Shown one piece after another: positions 1 through 7,620 of a stretch of DNA of 36,940 bases. Within the stretch, counting starts at the first letter, position 1. Each line of letters starts with the position of its first letter. Source of the DNA: Candidatus Stahliibacteriota bacterium (GTDB taxonomy: Bacteria; Hydrothermota; Tepidihabitantia; SM23-42); the NCBI GenBank assembly GCA_030613445.1, contig JAUWLY010000001.1, forward strand, positions 1-36,940, in the 5' to 3' direction. The notes beneath the pieces were generated by a model. That model had not been told where the DNA came from, made no database searches, and was given only the letters and a program-made list of their open reading frames with translations. Both the position numbers and the translations under genes were made by a program.

Positions 1-11
1 ATTCGCCCGGA

Positions 12-467
12 TTATTCTCCCACCCATAGCTGTGTACCATCCCATGCCATGCCGTTAGGTCTGCCTGCATAGAACGGCGGATAATATGTATTTATTACAG
101 AACAATTGGATGTGTCGAACTGGCTAACAGATGAGGTCTGCCAATCAGATGCCCACAAGTACTGACCATCGAATGTCATATCTCTATTACCGATAGTGGT
201 ATTGAATGAGTTTATAACAGAACCAGTCGCAGTATCCATGCGTGCAAACCAATGAAAGAATGTTTCATTGTTCCACAGATACTGACCGTCAAATGCAAGA
301 CCCATAGAATAACCAGTTGCGCCAGCTGGAAAAGAATCGACAACAAGAAACACCTGGGCAAATGACGGTGGATCGATCCCCGGACCCATTAGGACACCAT
401 CTTTATAAGCTGAGCCTGCGATGCAGATACCTATACAAAGATATAATACCAACAGATATCTAGTCAT
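12..467 (-). CDS. secreted repeat protein, function unknown (FDGQYLW-type repeats)
   Basis: ORF 12..557, start trimmed to ATG 465-467 (MTRYLLVLYLCIGICIAG..., hydrophobic signal peptide). AGGAGGAGG lies directly upstream, and the longer ORF start at 557 is upstream of the predicted promoter (490-517). Repeats FDGQYLW / FDGQYLW / WDGTQLW. No family recognised. Confidence 0.6.
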   Translation of the reverse strand: MTRYLLVLYLCIGICIAGSAYKDGVLMGPGIDPPSFAQVFLVVDSFPAGATGYSMGLAFDGQYLWNNETFFHWFARMDTATGSVINSFNTTIGNRDMTFDGQYLWASDWQTSSVSQFDTSNCSVINTYYPPFYAGRPNGMAWDGTQLWVGE

Positions 468-489
468 ACCTCCTCCTTTTTCTATTACT

Positions 490-517
490 ATTGTAACTAT
501 TACGTCACGTATGTCAA
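490..517 (-). promoter_or_regulatory. sigma70-like promoter for 12..467
   Basis: Minus strand reads TTGACA (517-512), 16 nt, TACAAT (495-490), about 22 nt upstream of the ATG. Has the extended GTCTTGACA context shared by other promoters in the window. Confidence 0.6.
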
Positions 518-627
518 GACAGGGAAAACAGTAGGCACCAGGAAGTATAAAGGACAAGTCATTAAGAAGAATAGTATCAGAGTAACGGAGTATCGGAGCA
601 TGGGAGAAATGGAGGATACATGTTGAC

Positions 628-710
628 GAGTGCGATAATTTATATCCATGTTTTTGTTATTTAACCGAGACCACCTGACTCTCCATTACTCAGAAAAGGT
701 CTGACCCCAC
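628..710 (+). repeat. intergenic repeat block, copy 1 (homologous to 3853..3979)
   Basis: GAGTGCGATAATTTATATCCATGTTTTTGTTATTTAACCGAGAC...CTGAC...CTCAGAAAAGGTCTGACCCCAC aligns by eye with AAGTGCGAAAATTTATATCTATATTTTTGTCATTTGATTAGGAC...CTGAC...CTCAAAAAAGGTTTGACCCCAT at 3853..3979. Confidence 0.7.
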
Positions 711-818
711 TTCACCCTCAATCCCCGGTGACCATTTGCATTCACTATTCGAGATTTGACCCCATATCACCCACAAAGGCACCGATCCCACATGCCTTTC
801 ATAAATAATAATATGCAA

Positions 819-2300
819 TTACCTTACTTTGATTATCTTTGTTGGCTTAGAATTTTTGGTTATTAGAAAATAAATGCCAGGTAACAAATTCTTTGCAATC
901 GTAGTTTTGTCCGTAGTCTCAACCAAACGACCCGCAACATCATAAATTTTAAATGTAATTTGATGATTATTATTAGATATTAAATACTGCACATTCGTAG
1001 AAGCAGTGAAGGGGTTAGGATAGACTTCTAAAAACTGAGTTTTCTTCGGACAACCTACCTCTTGAGGTACACAATGAGGAAACTTGCTGCTTGCATATTT
1101 GAGCTTTGCTCGATTACTGGACCAATATCCATCACAGTAACAAATATGTATAAAACCATCTCCGTCTATTATAATAGATGCATCGAAACCCATTAACCAA
1201 GGTGCAGAATCTACGGTTTCAACAAACCATTCATTCCCATAGCATGTTGCGTATTTGAGCTGGCGACCATCTTTATACGCCAGGTGCGGAGTGCCATTGC
1301 CATCGAGAGCAAGTGAAAGAGAGCGGGCTCCAGTTGAGACATCTTGGACAAATTCTGACTGCCAGATAGACCCAAGTTTTTCAGCATAATACACATCACT
1401 AGTATTTTTTTGATAAGCGGCATTTGGGTTATTATCAACATCTAGTTTAAGCGTAACACGGTAGCCTGTGGTCAGATACTTCGCAATAGTATCTTTCTGC
1501 CATGTGATGCCGTCCCAATATGCATACATAGCAACAAAGACAGCACCATTATATCTACTACTGTTATAGCTAATGTGAGGATATTGATTTTCATCTAGAC
1601 AAAGAAATTCATTGAAAACAGCGATTTGGTCAGCGTTCTCCACGAGCTCAGTCTGCCACTCAGTTCCATCCCATCTTGTGTAAAGCAAATTGTCATAAGA
1701 ACCGTCTCCATAGGCGATACAAGGGTAATCATTATTGTCAAGAGCAATAGAATTGCCACAAGAATGCCAAGGACCGTCGACACTATCTAAGCGAGTGATT
1801 TCCCATTCAAGGCCATTCCATCTTGCATACTTGAGTTGCCAATCACCACTATATGAGATATGAGGATAATCTCGTGAATCTATCGCAATTGAGGTATAAC
1901 CAACCCACGTGTTGAAACTATCGATCTTCTCTATCTCCCATGACCAACCACTGAATTTTGCATACTTCACTTTATTATCAGTAAAGTGTACATAGCTGAT
2001 ATGAAGCTTCTGATTATTATCAAGAGCCATTGAACTCTGATCGCCAACAGCGCCATCTTCATCATCCACTGTTTCAATGAACCATACATTTAACAGTTCA
2101 TTCTCAAGTCTAGATGTCACATCCATAGAAGTTATCGTGGTATCTATGGCATCACTCAGTGATTCCATGACATGTGTTTTCACCTGTCCATGGATTAATG
2201 CAGGTAATCCCAGTAATGTCATCCTCGCAACAATGAAAATGCCACTAGTCAATGAGGTAATACCCCCTAAGTACGATTTACACGTATGCAATTTCCACAC
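819..2300 (-). CDS. T9SS-sorted secreted protein with propeller-like repeats
   Basis: 493-aa ORF with roughly 8 degenerate ~45-aa repeats (D.N..PHISY / YPCIAY / TPHLAY, then LKYA.W.G..W). C-terminus YPNPF...FKIYDVAGRLV...PGIYFLI...KIIKVR fits the type-A T9SS sorting domain pattern. The GTG start at 2300 lies just after the predicted TSS, so the start is uncertain (alternative ATG at 2222). Confidence 0.75.
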   Translation of the reverse strand: MWKLHTCKSYLGGITSLTSGIFIVARMTLLGLPALIHGQVKTHVMESLSDAIDTTITSMDVTSRLENELLNVWFIETVDDEDGAVGDQSSMALDNNQKLHISYVHFTDNKVKYAKFSGWSWEIEKIDSFNTWVGYTSIAIDSRDYPHISYSGDWQLKYARWNGLEWEITRLDSVDGPWHSCGNSIALDNNDYPCIAYGDGSYDNLLYTRWDGTEWQTELVENADQIAVFNEFLCLDENQYPHISYNSSRYNGAVFVAMYAYWDGITWQKDTIAKYLTTGYRVTLKLDVDNNPNAAYQKNTSDVYYAEKLGSIWQSEFVQDVSTGARSLSLALDGNGTPHLAYKDGRQLKYATCYGNEWFVETVDSAPWLMGFDASIIIDGDGFIHICYCDGYWSSNRAKLKYASSKFPHCVPQEVGCPKKTQFLEVYPNPFTASTNVQYLISNNNHQITFKIYDVAGRLVETTDKTTIAKNLLPGIYFLITKNSKPTKIIKVR

Positions 2301-2312
2301 CTCTACTATATA

Positions 2313-2340
2313 ATTATAACACTTGTTCTGGTGATGTCAA
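2313..2340 (-). promoter_or_regulatory. sigma70-like promoter for 819..2300
   Basis: Minus strand: GTCTTGACA (-35 at 2340-2335), 16 nt, TATAAT (2318-2313). Confidence 0.7.
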
Positions 2341-2418
2341 GACATTACGACGAAGTCAATAGTTGTAGTACCTAGTTACTAGTTCATAGTGCACAAATGC
2401 ACCGACCCCATTCGTCAG

Positions 2419-2733
2419 TTATTCCAGTTCTCCAAGTAATTTCTTTGCCGCTTCAAATTGGTCCTCTCGGATCATTAATATCGCTGGGTCAACTAATGGT
2501 ATATGCATTGTTTGAAAACGCTCACCTCTAAAATAGTAATCAATCTTTGCATCATCAAGTAGTGATTTAATAACTGCAATTTCTACGGTATTAAAGAGTG
2601 CCTTAAGTTGTTTATATGGTGGTTTTGGCGGCAACTCTTTTTCCTCTGGTAGCTTATCGACTAGCGGTACATCACAATCAGCACATACCGTAAAACCAGA
2701 CCTGTATTCAGCTTTGCATTTAGGACAAAACAT
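2419..2733 (-). CDS. zinc-ribbon plus DUF2007-like small protein
   Basis: 104 aa. N-terminal CPKC...CADC zinc ribbon. The C-terminal half (VEIAVIKSLLDDAKIDYYF...AILMIREDQFEAAKKLL) resembles the DUF2007 putative signal-transducing fold. No own promoter motif, so probably co-transcribed with 2821..3726. Confidence 0.55.
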   Translation of the reverse strand: MFCPKCKAEYRSGFTVCADCDVPLVDKLPEEKELPPKPPYKQLKALFNTVEIAVIKSLLDDAKIDYYFRGERFQTMHIPLVDPAILMIREDQFEAAKKLLGELE

Positions 2734-2820
2734 TGTTCCTCATTCTTAGATTTCTCCCTTACTCCTATACTTTCATACTCCGTCACTCAAAAAAGGTTTG
2801 ACCCCATTTGTTCATTGATC

Positions 2821-3726
2821 CTAATGAACCAATATTATTTTCTCGATATATGAGTTTCCTGCAGTTTGGAGTTTCACGAAATATACGCCGGAAACCACTC
2901 TCTGTCCAGCTTGGTCTGTACCATCCCAGACAACCTGATCAAATGAATAATTGATTAAATCCTTAAATTGCCTTACTAACCTCCCGCTCGCATTGTAGAT
3001 CTTTAGCTCCATACCCTCTGCCCAACTTGTCCCGTAGGATAAGCATGTTATCCTATCGGGATGCCCTGTGCTAAATCTGATATTCGTACTCTTGCTGCAC
3101 GGATTCGGATATACGGACAGAAAAGGTGTACCTGTTGCTTTCTCTTCGTGCTCTTTTAAACCCACAATTACATAATCAATAATCAGCGCAGCGTCGAGCA
3201 TTTCATCAGCCCAAAAAGCATAAAAGAAATGCATACACGGTTCAGCAGTACCCCGTGAACCTTTGTACCCAAGTCCGAACCAGGAACTGCTTTGCCAGGC
3301 GTTGATAAAATCATCTCTTGCCTGGGTACCAGTCAAATCAAAATATGTATAGTCTTCTGCACTGGCATTTACTGCCTGGTTTGTCAAATATATAGGTTCT
3401 GTACCACCGCATTCATCCCAGCTTGGGGTATTCGAAACAACGCGATTTATGTCAATCTGAAGTCCAGCACCACCGGTATTGTTACGCAGCCTCAAAACCA
3501 GTGAACTTATTTCAGTCCCCGCACCTGGATAACCATTTATGGTAAATTGATTATAGCCACGATATTCCAAGGTACTGAACCCAGCCGCGGCCATGCCCTG
3601 CGAATGATTTGGACCAATCGGACCAAATAGCCAGTAATAATAACCCCAGTCCCAATCACTATAGAAAATCCGGGTCGGCGCATAGAGTAATAGCAAAGGT
3701 ATAAATATTACGATATATTTCTTCAT
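2821..3726 (-). CDS. T9SS-sorted secreted protein, function unknown
   Basis: 301 aa. N-terminal signal peptide MKKYIVIFIPLLLLYA. C-terminus YPNPCSKSTNIRF...LKIYNASGRLV...SGVYFVKL...KIILVH matches the T9SS type-A CTD pattern. Confidence 0.75.
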   Translation of the reverse strand: MKKYIVIFIPLLLLYAPTRIFYSDWDWGYYYWLFGPIGPNHSQGMAAAGFSTLEYRGYNQFTINGYPGAGTEISSLVLRLRNNTGGAGLQIDINRVVSNTPSWDECGGTEPIYLTNQAVNASAEDYTYFDLTGTQARDDFINAWQSSSWFGLGYKGSRGTAEPCMHFFYAFWADEMLDAALIIDYVIVGLKEHEEKATGTPFLSVYPNPCSKSTNIRFSTGHPDRITCLSYGTSWAEGMELKIYNASGRLVRQFKDLINYSFDQVVWDGTDQAGQRVVSGVYFVKLQTAGNSYIEKIILVH

Positions 3727-3745
3727 ATTACCCGCCTTTAATAAA

Positions 3746-3773
3746 ATTATAACGAAATCGTGCGAGCCGTCAA
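3746..3773 (-). promoter_or_regulatory. sigma70-like promoter for 2821..3726
   Basis: Minus strand: GTCTTGACG (-35 at 3773-3768), 16 nt, TATAAT (3751-3746), about 20 nt before ATG 3726. Confidence 0.65.
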
Positions 3774-3852
3774 GACTTAAGTGTAATTCTGTTCAGTGTT
3801 TCGATAATTCGGGAAGTGTTTTCTCACAACTGAATTCAATTATCTTTTGATA

Positions 3853-3979
3853 AGTGCGAAAATTTATATCTATATTTTTGTCATTTGATTAGGACTATCT
3901 GACACAATCTTAGTTGCTTCCCTTTCTCCGTGTCTCCGTTTCTCCAAGTCTGCGTTTCTCAAAAAAGGTTTGACCCCAT
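3853..3979 (+). repeat. intergenic repeat block, copy 2 (homologous to 628..710)
   Basis: Same module order as 628..710, with an extra internal TCTCCGT-rich insert (CCTTTCTCCGTGTCTCCGTTTCTCC). Ends in GGTTTGACCCCAT. Confidence 0.7.
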
Positions 3980-4003
3980 ATCTTCCGCTTCATAATCGCC
4001 AAC

Positions 4004-4192
4004 TCATTGCGCAACATAGTGTAAAGACCTTCCTTTCCCAGAACTTCTAAGAACCCCTAATTTTACAAGTTTCTTGATTTCTTTCAGAGCACCTTCATCC
4101 GAAAGTTTAAACAGCTTCCTGGTAGGTAGGTTTTTCATATACCACACTTCATCTTGTCTTTTATCGAACCACTTCGTAAACAATCCATGCAA
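4004..4192 (-). CDS. small winged-helix-like protein, possibly a gene remnant
   Basis: 62-aa ORF with TTG start and no clear RBS. The C-terminal LKEIKKLVKLGVLRSSGKGRSLHYV looks like a wHTH recognition region. Its first ~23 codons plus upstream DNA are duplicated at 5575..5711. Confidence 0.3.
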   Translation of the reverse strand: MHGLFTKWFDKRQDEVWYMKNLPTRKLFKLSDEGALKEIKKLVKLGVLRSSGKGRSLHYVAQ

Positions 4193-4260
4193 TTATTACA
4201 AAGATAATAATAATTATACCGTAGCTCATTATTTCTCTGCGCCTCATTTTCCTTTTCACT
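4124..4260 (+). repeat. 137-bp direct repeat, copy A (pairs with 5575..5711)
   Basis: Hand alignment gives about 8 mismatches over 137 bp with 5575..5711. Covers the 5' end and upstream region of ORF 4004..4192. Confidence 0.9.
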
Positions 4261-4352
4261 TGTACATTATCCAAAATTTTGTCATAAAATCAACCCCCGT
4301 CCCCTAGTTTCATTTCTGCGCCTCGTTCGTCAGTGCAAAACTTATCTTGTAG

Positions 4353-4374
4353 AATGTCAAGACCTGCCACCTTT
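4353..4374 (+). repeat. 22-bp perfect inverted repeat, left copy (pairs with 8279..8300)
   Basis: AATGTCAAGACCTGCCACCTTT on the plus strand equals the reverse complement of 8279..8300, which holds the ATG and first 7 codons of the HNH gene. Confidence 0.9.
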
Positions 4375-4389
4375 ATTCATGTACCATTT

Positions 4390-4923
4390 CTATAAATATG
4401 ATCGTGCGATAAATTTTGCCATATGTGAAAGTACACGACAGCAAAATGGTTTCCTCATGCATATTTGCATCTTTCTATTAATATGAATAGATGAGACATT
4501 TTGAAAATAATTGCGCAACATATTAGATATATTTAAATCTTTTAAGTTACCATTATTGTGAATAATAATATTTCTGATTTGAGCATAGATGCAGATCTCG
4601 TCCCACGATTGATGAGATCTGACTGGATTTAAATTAGCTACTAGAGCAATATATTTATTGAACCTATCAAGGAATGATTTTCCACGTATATCCTGCAATT
4701 TCAATTCTAAATTTTTTTCTTGCGCGATGCGTTCACAAATATATCTTAAATGAGATTCAAATAAAGCATAATATCGCAAGAAAAAGGAATAGCGAAACGT
4801 CCTAATAGCTTCATTAATCCAAAATTCTCGTCTATATAATTCCATTTTCTGCTTTTTGATAAGACGAAGATGATGCTCTATTGTCGTTTCAAAAAGGTCT
4901 ACGTATATTCGTGCATAATACAC
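4390..4923 (-). CDS. HEPN-domain protein (RiboL-PSP / MAE_28990-like type), putative RNase
   Basis: 177 aa, all-helical-looking. Contains the Rx4H HEPN motif in YAQIRNIIIHNNG and an upstream LFESHLRYI helix typical of these families. GTG start at 4923, start uncertain. Confidence 0.6.
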   Translation of the reverse strand: MYYARIYVDLFETTIEHHLRLIKKQKMELYRREFWINEAIRTFRYSFFLRYYALFESHLRYICERIAQEKNLELKLQDIRGKSFLDRFNKYIALVANLNPVRSHQSWDEICIYAQIRNIIIHNNGNLKDLNISNMLRNYFQNVSSIHINRKMQICMRKPFCCRVLSHMAKFIARSYL

Positions 4924-4971
4924 ACTGGCGGATAAAATTAAATCCTCTATCTTCGTTATTATTCATCCTCC

Positions 4972-5394
4972 TTACTCTTTCAACATTCTACTATACGGCT
5001 TTTCAATAACTTCACCGTTTTTCTTTACTAAAAATACTCTTAATTTCAATAGTCGCCAAGCGTATTTCATTTTTTTTACTTTATTCTTATAAACACGCAG
5101 CCATTCATGTGGAATGCCAATTGCATATATTCGTCCCTTCTTAGGATGATTACCCTGAATATCCATCCTTGATATTATCTGTCCTAAAACATTATAAAAA
5201 GCGCTGTGTAGTTCTTGATGCTTGTGTTTACCGCTACCGCCTTTCACTTCAATAAATAACAACCTTCGCCACTTTGGATGCCAGGCATGAATATCCACCC
5301 CGTGTTCGCCAATACGCTTTGGTGCTTTCTTGATTTTCCAGCCTTTATCAATAAGGTATTTTCGAATATGTCGTTCAACTATTTTTTCTTTCAT
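4972..5394 (-). CDS. PD-(D/E)xK (restriction-endonuclease-fold) small nuclease-like protein
   Basis: 140 aa. ERHIRKYLIDKGWKI...GVDIHAW...LLFIEVKGG matches the alpha-beta-beta-beta core with D...ExK (D in GVDI, E-V-K in IEVKG). RBS AAGGAGAAAG before the ATG. Confidence 0.6.
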   Translation of the reverse strand: MKEKIVERHIRKYLIDKGWKIKKAPKRIGEHGVDIHAWHPKWRRLLFIEVKGGSGKHKHQELHSAFYNVLGQIISRMDIQGNHPKKGRIYAIGIPHEWLRVYKNKVKKMKYAWRLLKLRVFLVKKNGEVIEKPYSRMLKE

Positions 5395-5537
5395 CTTTCT
5401 CCTTACTCCCTAGTGTCTAGTGCCTACTGTCCAGTATTCCTCCTCTTACTACCCAAACAGCCATTCCTCACCTCCCTTGAGATTTCTCTTCGAATAAATA
5501 CTGCAATCACTCACATAATCAAAATGTCCAATGTCCA

Positions 5538-5574
5538 GCTGAAAGTGCTGAAGAATTGAAGTGATCTAACCCCC
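5538..5574 (+). repeat. 37-bp direct repeat, copy 1 (pairs with 7621..7657)
   Basis: GCTGAAAGTGCTGAAGAATTGAAGTGATCTAACCCCC is identical at 7621..7657. Weaker similarity extends upstream (AATGTCCAATGTCCAGC vs AAAGTCCAAAGTCCAGC). Directly abuts repeat 5575..5711. Confidence 0.9.
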
Positions 5575-5711
5575 AGGTAGGTTTTTCATATATCACACTT
5601 CTTCTTGTCTTTTATCGAACCACTTCGTAAACAATCCATGCAATTATTACAAAGATAATAATAATTATACCCCAACTCATTATTTCTCTGCGCTTCATTT
5701 TTCTTCTCACT
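5575..5711 (+). repeat. 137-bp direct repeat, copy B, with truncated copy of the 4004..4192 gene start
   Basis: Near-identical to 4124..4260. In this copy the reading frame (TTG CAT GGA TTG TTT ACG AAG TGG TTC GAT AAA AGA CAA GAA GAA GTG TGA) stops after 16 codons. Confidence 0.9.
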
Positions 5712-5740
5712 ACGCATTACTCCTTACTCACTACTGTCCT

Positions 5741-6049
5741 TTAAGGTTTGACCCCACATCTTGTACCATCTTCAAGTCTTCTTAAATGTGAGAACTCAGT
5801 AATTTTAACTACTTCAGACATTATCTTCAATAAATCATTTTGGTGCGTTTCTTGATGTCTGGCGAGAAAATCGATTAGGGCTGAAACAATATTTCTCTTA
5901 TACTCATTCCAATTGAGTTTTGATAAGATACTCGGATCGCTAATTGTATGCATTATGAAACTGCGAAGTTCTGCTTTATACCAATAAATACTGGTTAACG
6001 CATTTTTTAAGGCATTAATAGCAGCTGATGATATAGCTTTCTTTCTCAT
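5741..6049 (-). CDS. hypothetical protein, operonic partner of the TIR protein (possibly truncated)
   Basis: 102 aa. RBS GAGGAAAAG, and the start is 9 nt after the TIR gene stop. The last codons and stop (TGT GGG GTC AAA CCT TAA) lie inside the recurrent GGGGTCAAACC motif. No family recognised. Confidence 0.5.
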   Translation of the reverse strand: MRKKAISSAAINALKNALTSIYWYKAELRSFIMHTISDPSILSKLNWNEYKRNIVSALIDFLARHQETHQNDLLKIMSEVVKITEFSHLRRLEDGTRCGVKP

Positions 6050-6058
6050 TCTTTTCCT

Positions 6059-6784
6059 CTAATAACTCTTTATAATCTCATTATGTAATATATCTGCAAT
6101 TTCTTTCAAAGATTTTTCATTAGTTATTAACGCAATTTTATCAGCTAATGGTGGACTATATCGGAGTACATCTTTCTTGTTTATACCATGCCAAATAGGT
6201 AAAATCACTTTCTGCCCTTCTATTTCTCGGGCAACCAAACCATTCAATTCATATTCTGGCCAATCTTTATCAAAAAAAGCCGTTGAGAGTACAACTATAC
6301 CGAATCTTGAATTTACTAATCCTTTATCTATTGATTGTCTTAAACTATCTCCAACTCTTAATTCAAATTCATCATACCATATTTTTAATCCCAGTTCGGT
6401 TAATTGTCTAGCCAATGGTCTCACAAATGAGTTCTTATCTTCACTAGCATGACTTATAAATGCATCATAGCCAATATTATTTGGTTCATTTTTCGTTTTA
6501 TTAAATTCACTATCGTACAAACGTAACATTAACCCAGAATGAAAACTAAATGCTTCATCAGCGGAATTGAATTTTGATTTTGTATATAGGTTCATCGGTG
6601 TGGTGCCTCCTATAACCCACCATTCCTTATCATTTTTGTCTGTTGTGACAACTGATAATACTATATCTTCTTTTCCAAACAGGTAAAAAGTTTCATAGTA
6701 CTTAATATCAATTACTTTCGTTTTGCCTTCCAACTCAACATATTCCTTTGCTCGTTTAATGATTTCCTTTACATCTAATCCCAT
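6059..6784 (-). CDS. TIR-domain protein with unrecognised ~105-aa N-terminal domain
   Basis: The C-terminal 135 aa (YDAFISHASEDKNSFVRPLARQL...IWYDEFELRVGDSL...IVVLSTAFFDKDWPEYELNGL...ILPIWHG) matches bacterial TIR_2 hallmarks, including the glutamate in W.EYEL. RBS AAGGAGGG. Confidence 0.85.
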   Translation of the reverse strand: MGLDVKEIIKRAKEYVELEGKTKVIDIKYYETFYLFGKEDIVLSVVTTDKNDKEWWVIGGTTPMNLYTKSKFNSADEAFSFHSGLMLRLYDSEFNKTKNEPNNIGYDAFISHASEDKNSFVRPLARQLTELGLKIWYDEFELRVGDSLRQSIDKGLVNSRFGIVVLSTAFFDKDWPEYELNGLVAREIEGQKVILPIWHGINKKDVLRYSPPLADKIALITNEKSLKEIADILHNEIIKSY

Positions 6785-6848
6785 TAATCCCTCCTTTGAT
6801 CACAGTCCATTGTCGAGATTTGACCCCACATCTCCTGCCTCATTTTTA

Positions 6849-7481
6849 TCAATAAGCCCATTGTACTGTCCATATCGTATTGCCGAGTGTATCTGGCCAG
6901 CATTCTACCAATACTACTCTTGGTACAGTAATTGATATACTACCAGAGTCAATGAAGATGTTTGTATCACGATAAACTTCCCAACAATAATCGTCAACCG
7001 TTACAGTATCGGATACGACAATAGTATGAAATTCATCTGGCGGAGCATCTACATGGAGAATATAATCTCCACTTGCGCCGGTCAAATGTAAATCAATTGG
7101 TGAGAGACAAGTACTATCATAACCACTGCTATGTAGACATATTTCACATTCTTCAAATGGTGGATAGTATAAATAAATCAGATCGGTGGTAATGGCAGAT
7201 TCGATGAGCTCATCTTCAACATAGAGATCGATAATTAATGTATCACCATAATACGAGGAAAAGATACCCTGAACGATCTCGTATTCATCCTCTAATTCAT
7301 GATTATGCGAAGCTGGTACGGTATCCATGCCTTCAATATAATTGTTACCAGGTATATCGCCAATATAGTAATAAAATTCAGCTCCATCAGTACCGCTAAC
7401 TCTAAACTCAACGCTTTGTGGGTAATTACCACAACCAGCGACAAACAGAATTGCGCAGCCCAACCAGATATAGCCTTTCAT
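6849..7481 (-). CDS. lipoprotein, function unknown
   Basis: 210 aa. The signal peptide with lipobox (MKGYIWLGCAILFVAG-C) predicts a lipoprotein. RBS GGGAGG 5 nt upstream. Confidence 0.7.
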   Translation of the reverse strand: MKGYIWLGCAILFVAGCGNYPQSVEFRVSGTDGAEFYYYIGDIPGNNYIEGMDTVPASHNHELEDEYEIVQGIFSSYYGDTLIIDLYVEDELIESAITTDLIYLYYPPFEECEICLHSSGYDSTCLSPIDLHLTGASGDYILHVDAPPDEFHTIVVSDTVTVDDYCWEVYRDTNIFIDSGSISITVPRVVLVECWPDTLGNTIWTVQWAY

Positions 7482-7518
7482 TCTTACCTCCCTTGTGTGA
7501 GTTCATTTAACTGCTATA

Positions 7519-7549
7519 GTATTATTAATAATCTCTTGACAGTCAAGAG
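7519..7549 (-). promoter_or_regulatory. promoter for 6849..7481 inside a 17-bp palindrome
   Basis: CTCTTGAC-A-GTCAAGAG (7533-7549) presents a -35-like hexamer on both strands. The minus-strand TTGACT (7546-7541), 16 nt, TAATAC (7524-7519) fits the lipoprotein gene. Confidence 0.5.
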
Positions 7550-7620
7550 CCGATGTATAGATTCATTTATCTCATCCGTAAAAGTCCAAAGTCCAGCGGA
7601 ACGTATCGAAGTATTGAGAT

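Noticed and set aside
2795-2816. GGGGTCAAACCTTTTTTGAG as a canonical Rho-independent terminator.
   Set aside because: Only about 3 bp (GGT/ACC) can pair ahead of the T-run, and two of the six copies lack the T-run altogether. It is kept as an unexplained 3' motif instead.
4924-4971. Alternative ATG (GGAGGATGAAT...) upstream of the HEPN ORF, suggesting a frameshifted longer gene.
   Set aside because: The ATG is in a different frame and hits a stop after 25 codons. The AGGAGG has zero spacing to it. The in-frame region upstream of GTG 4923 has no start codon before a TGA. The GTG start is kept, with low certainty.
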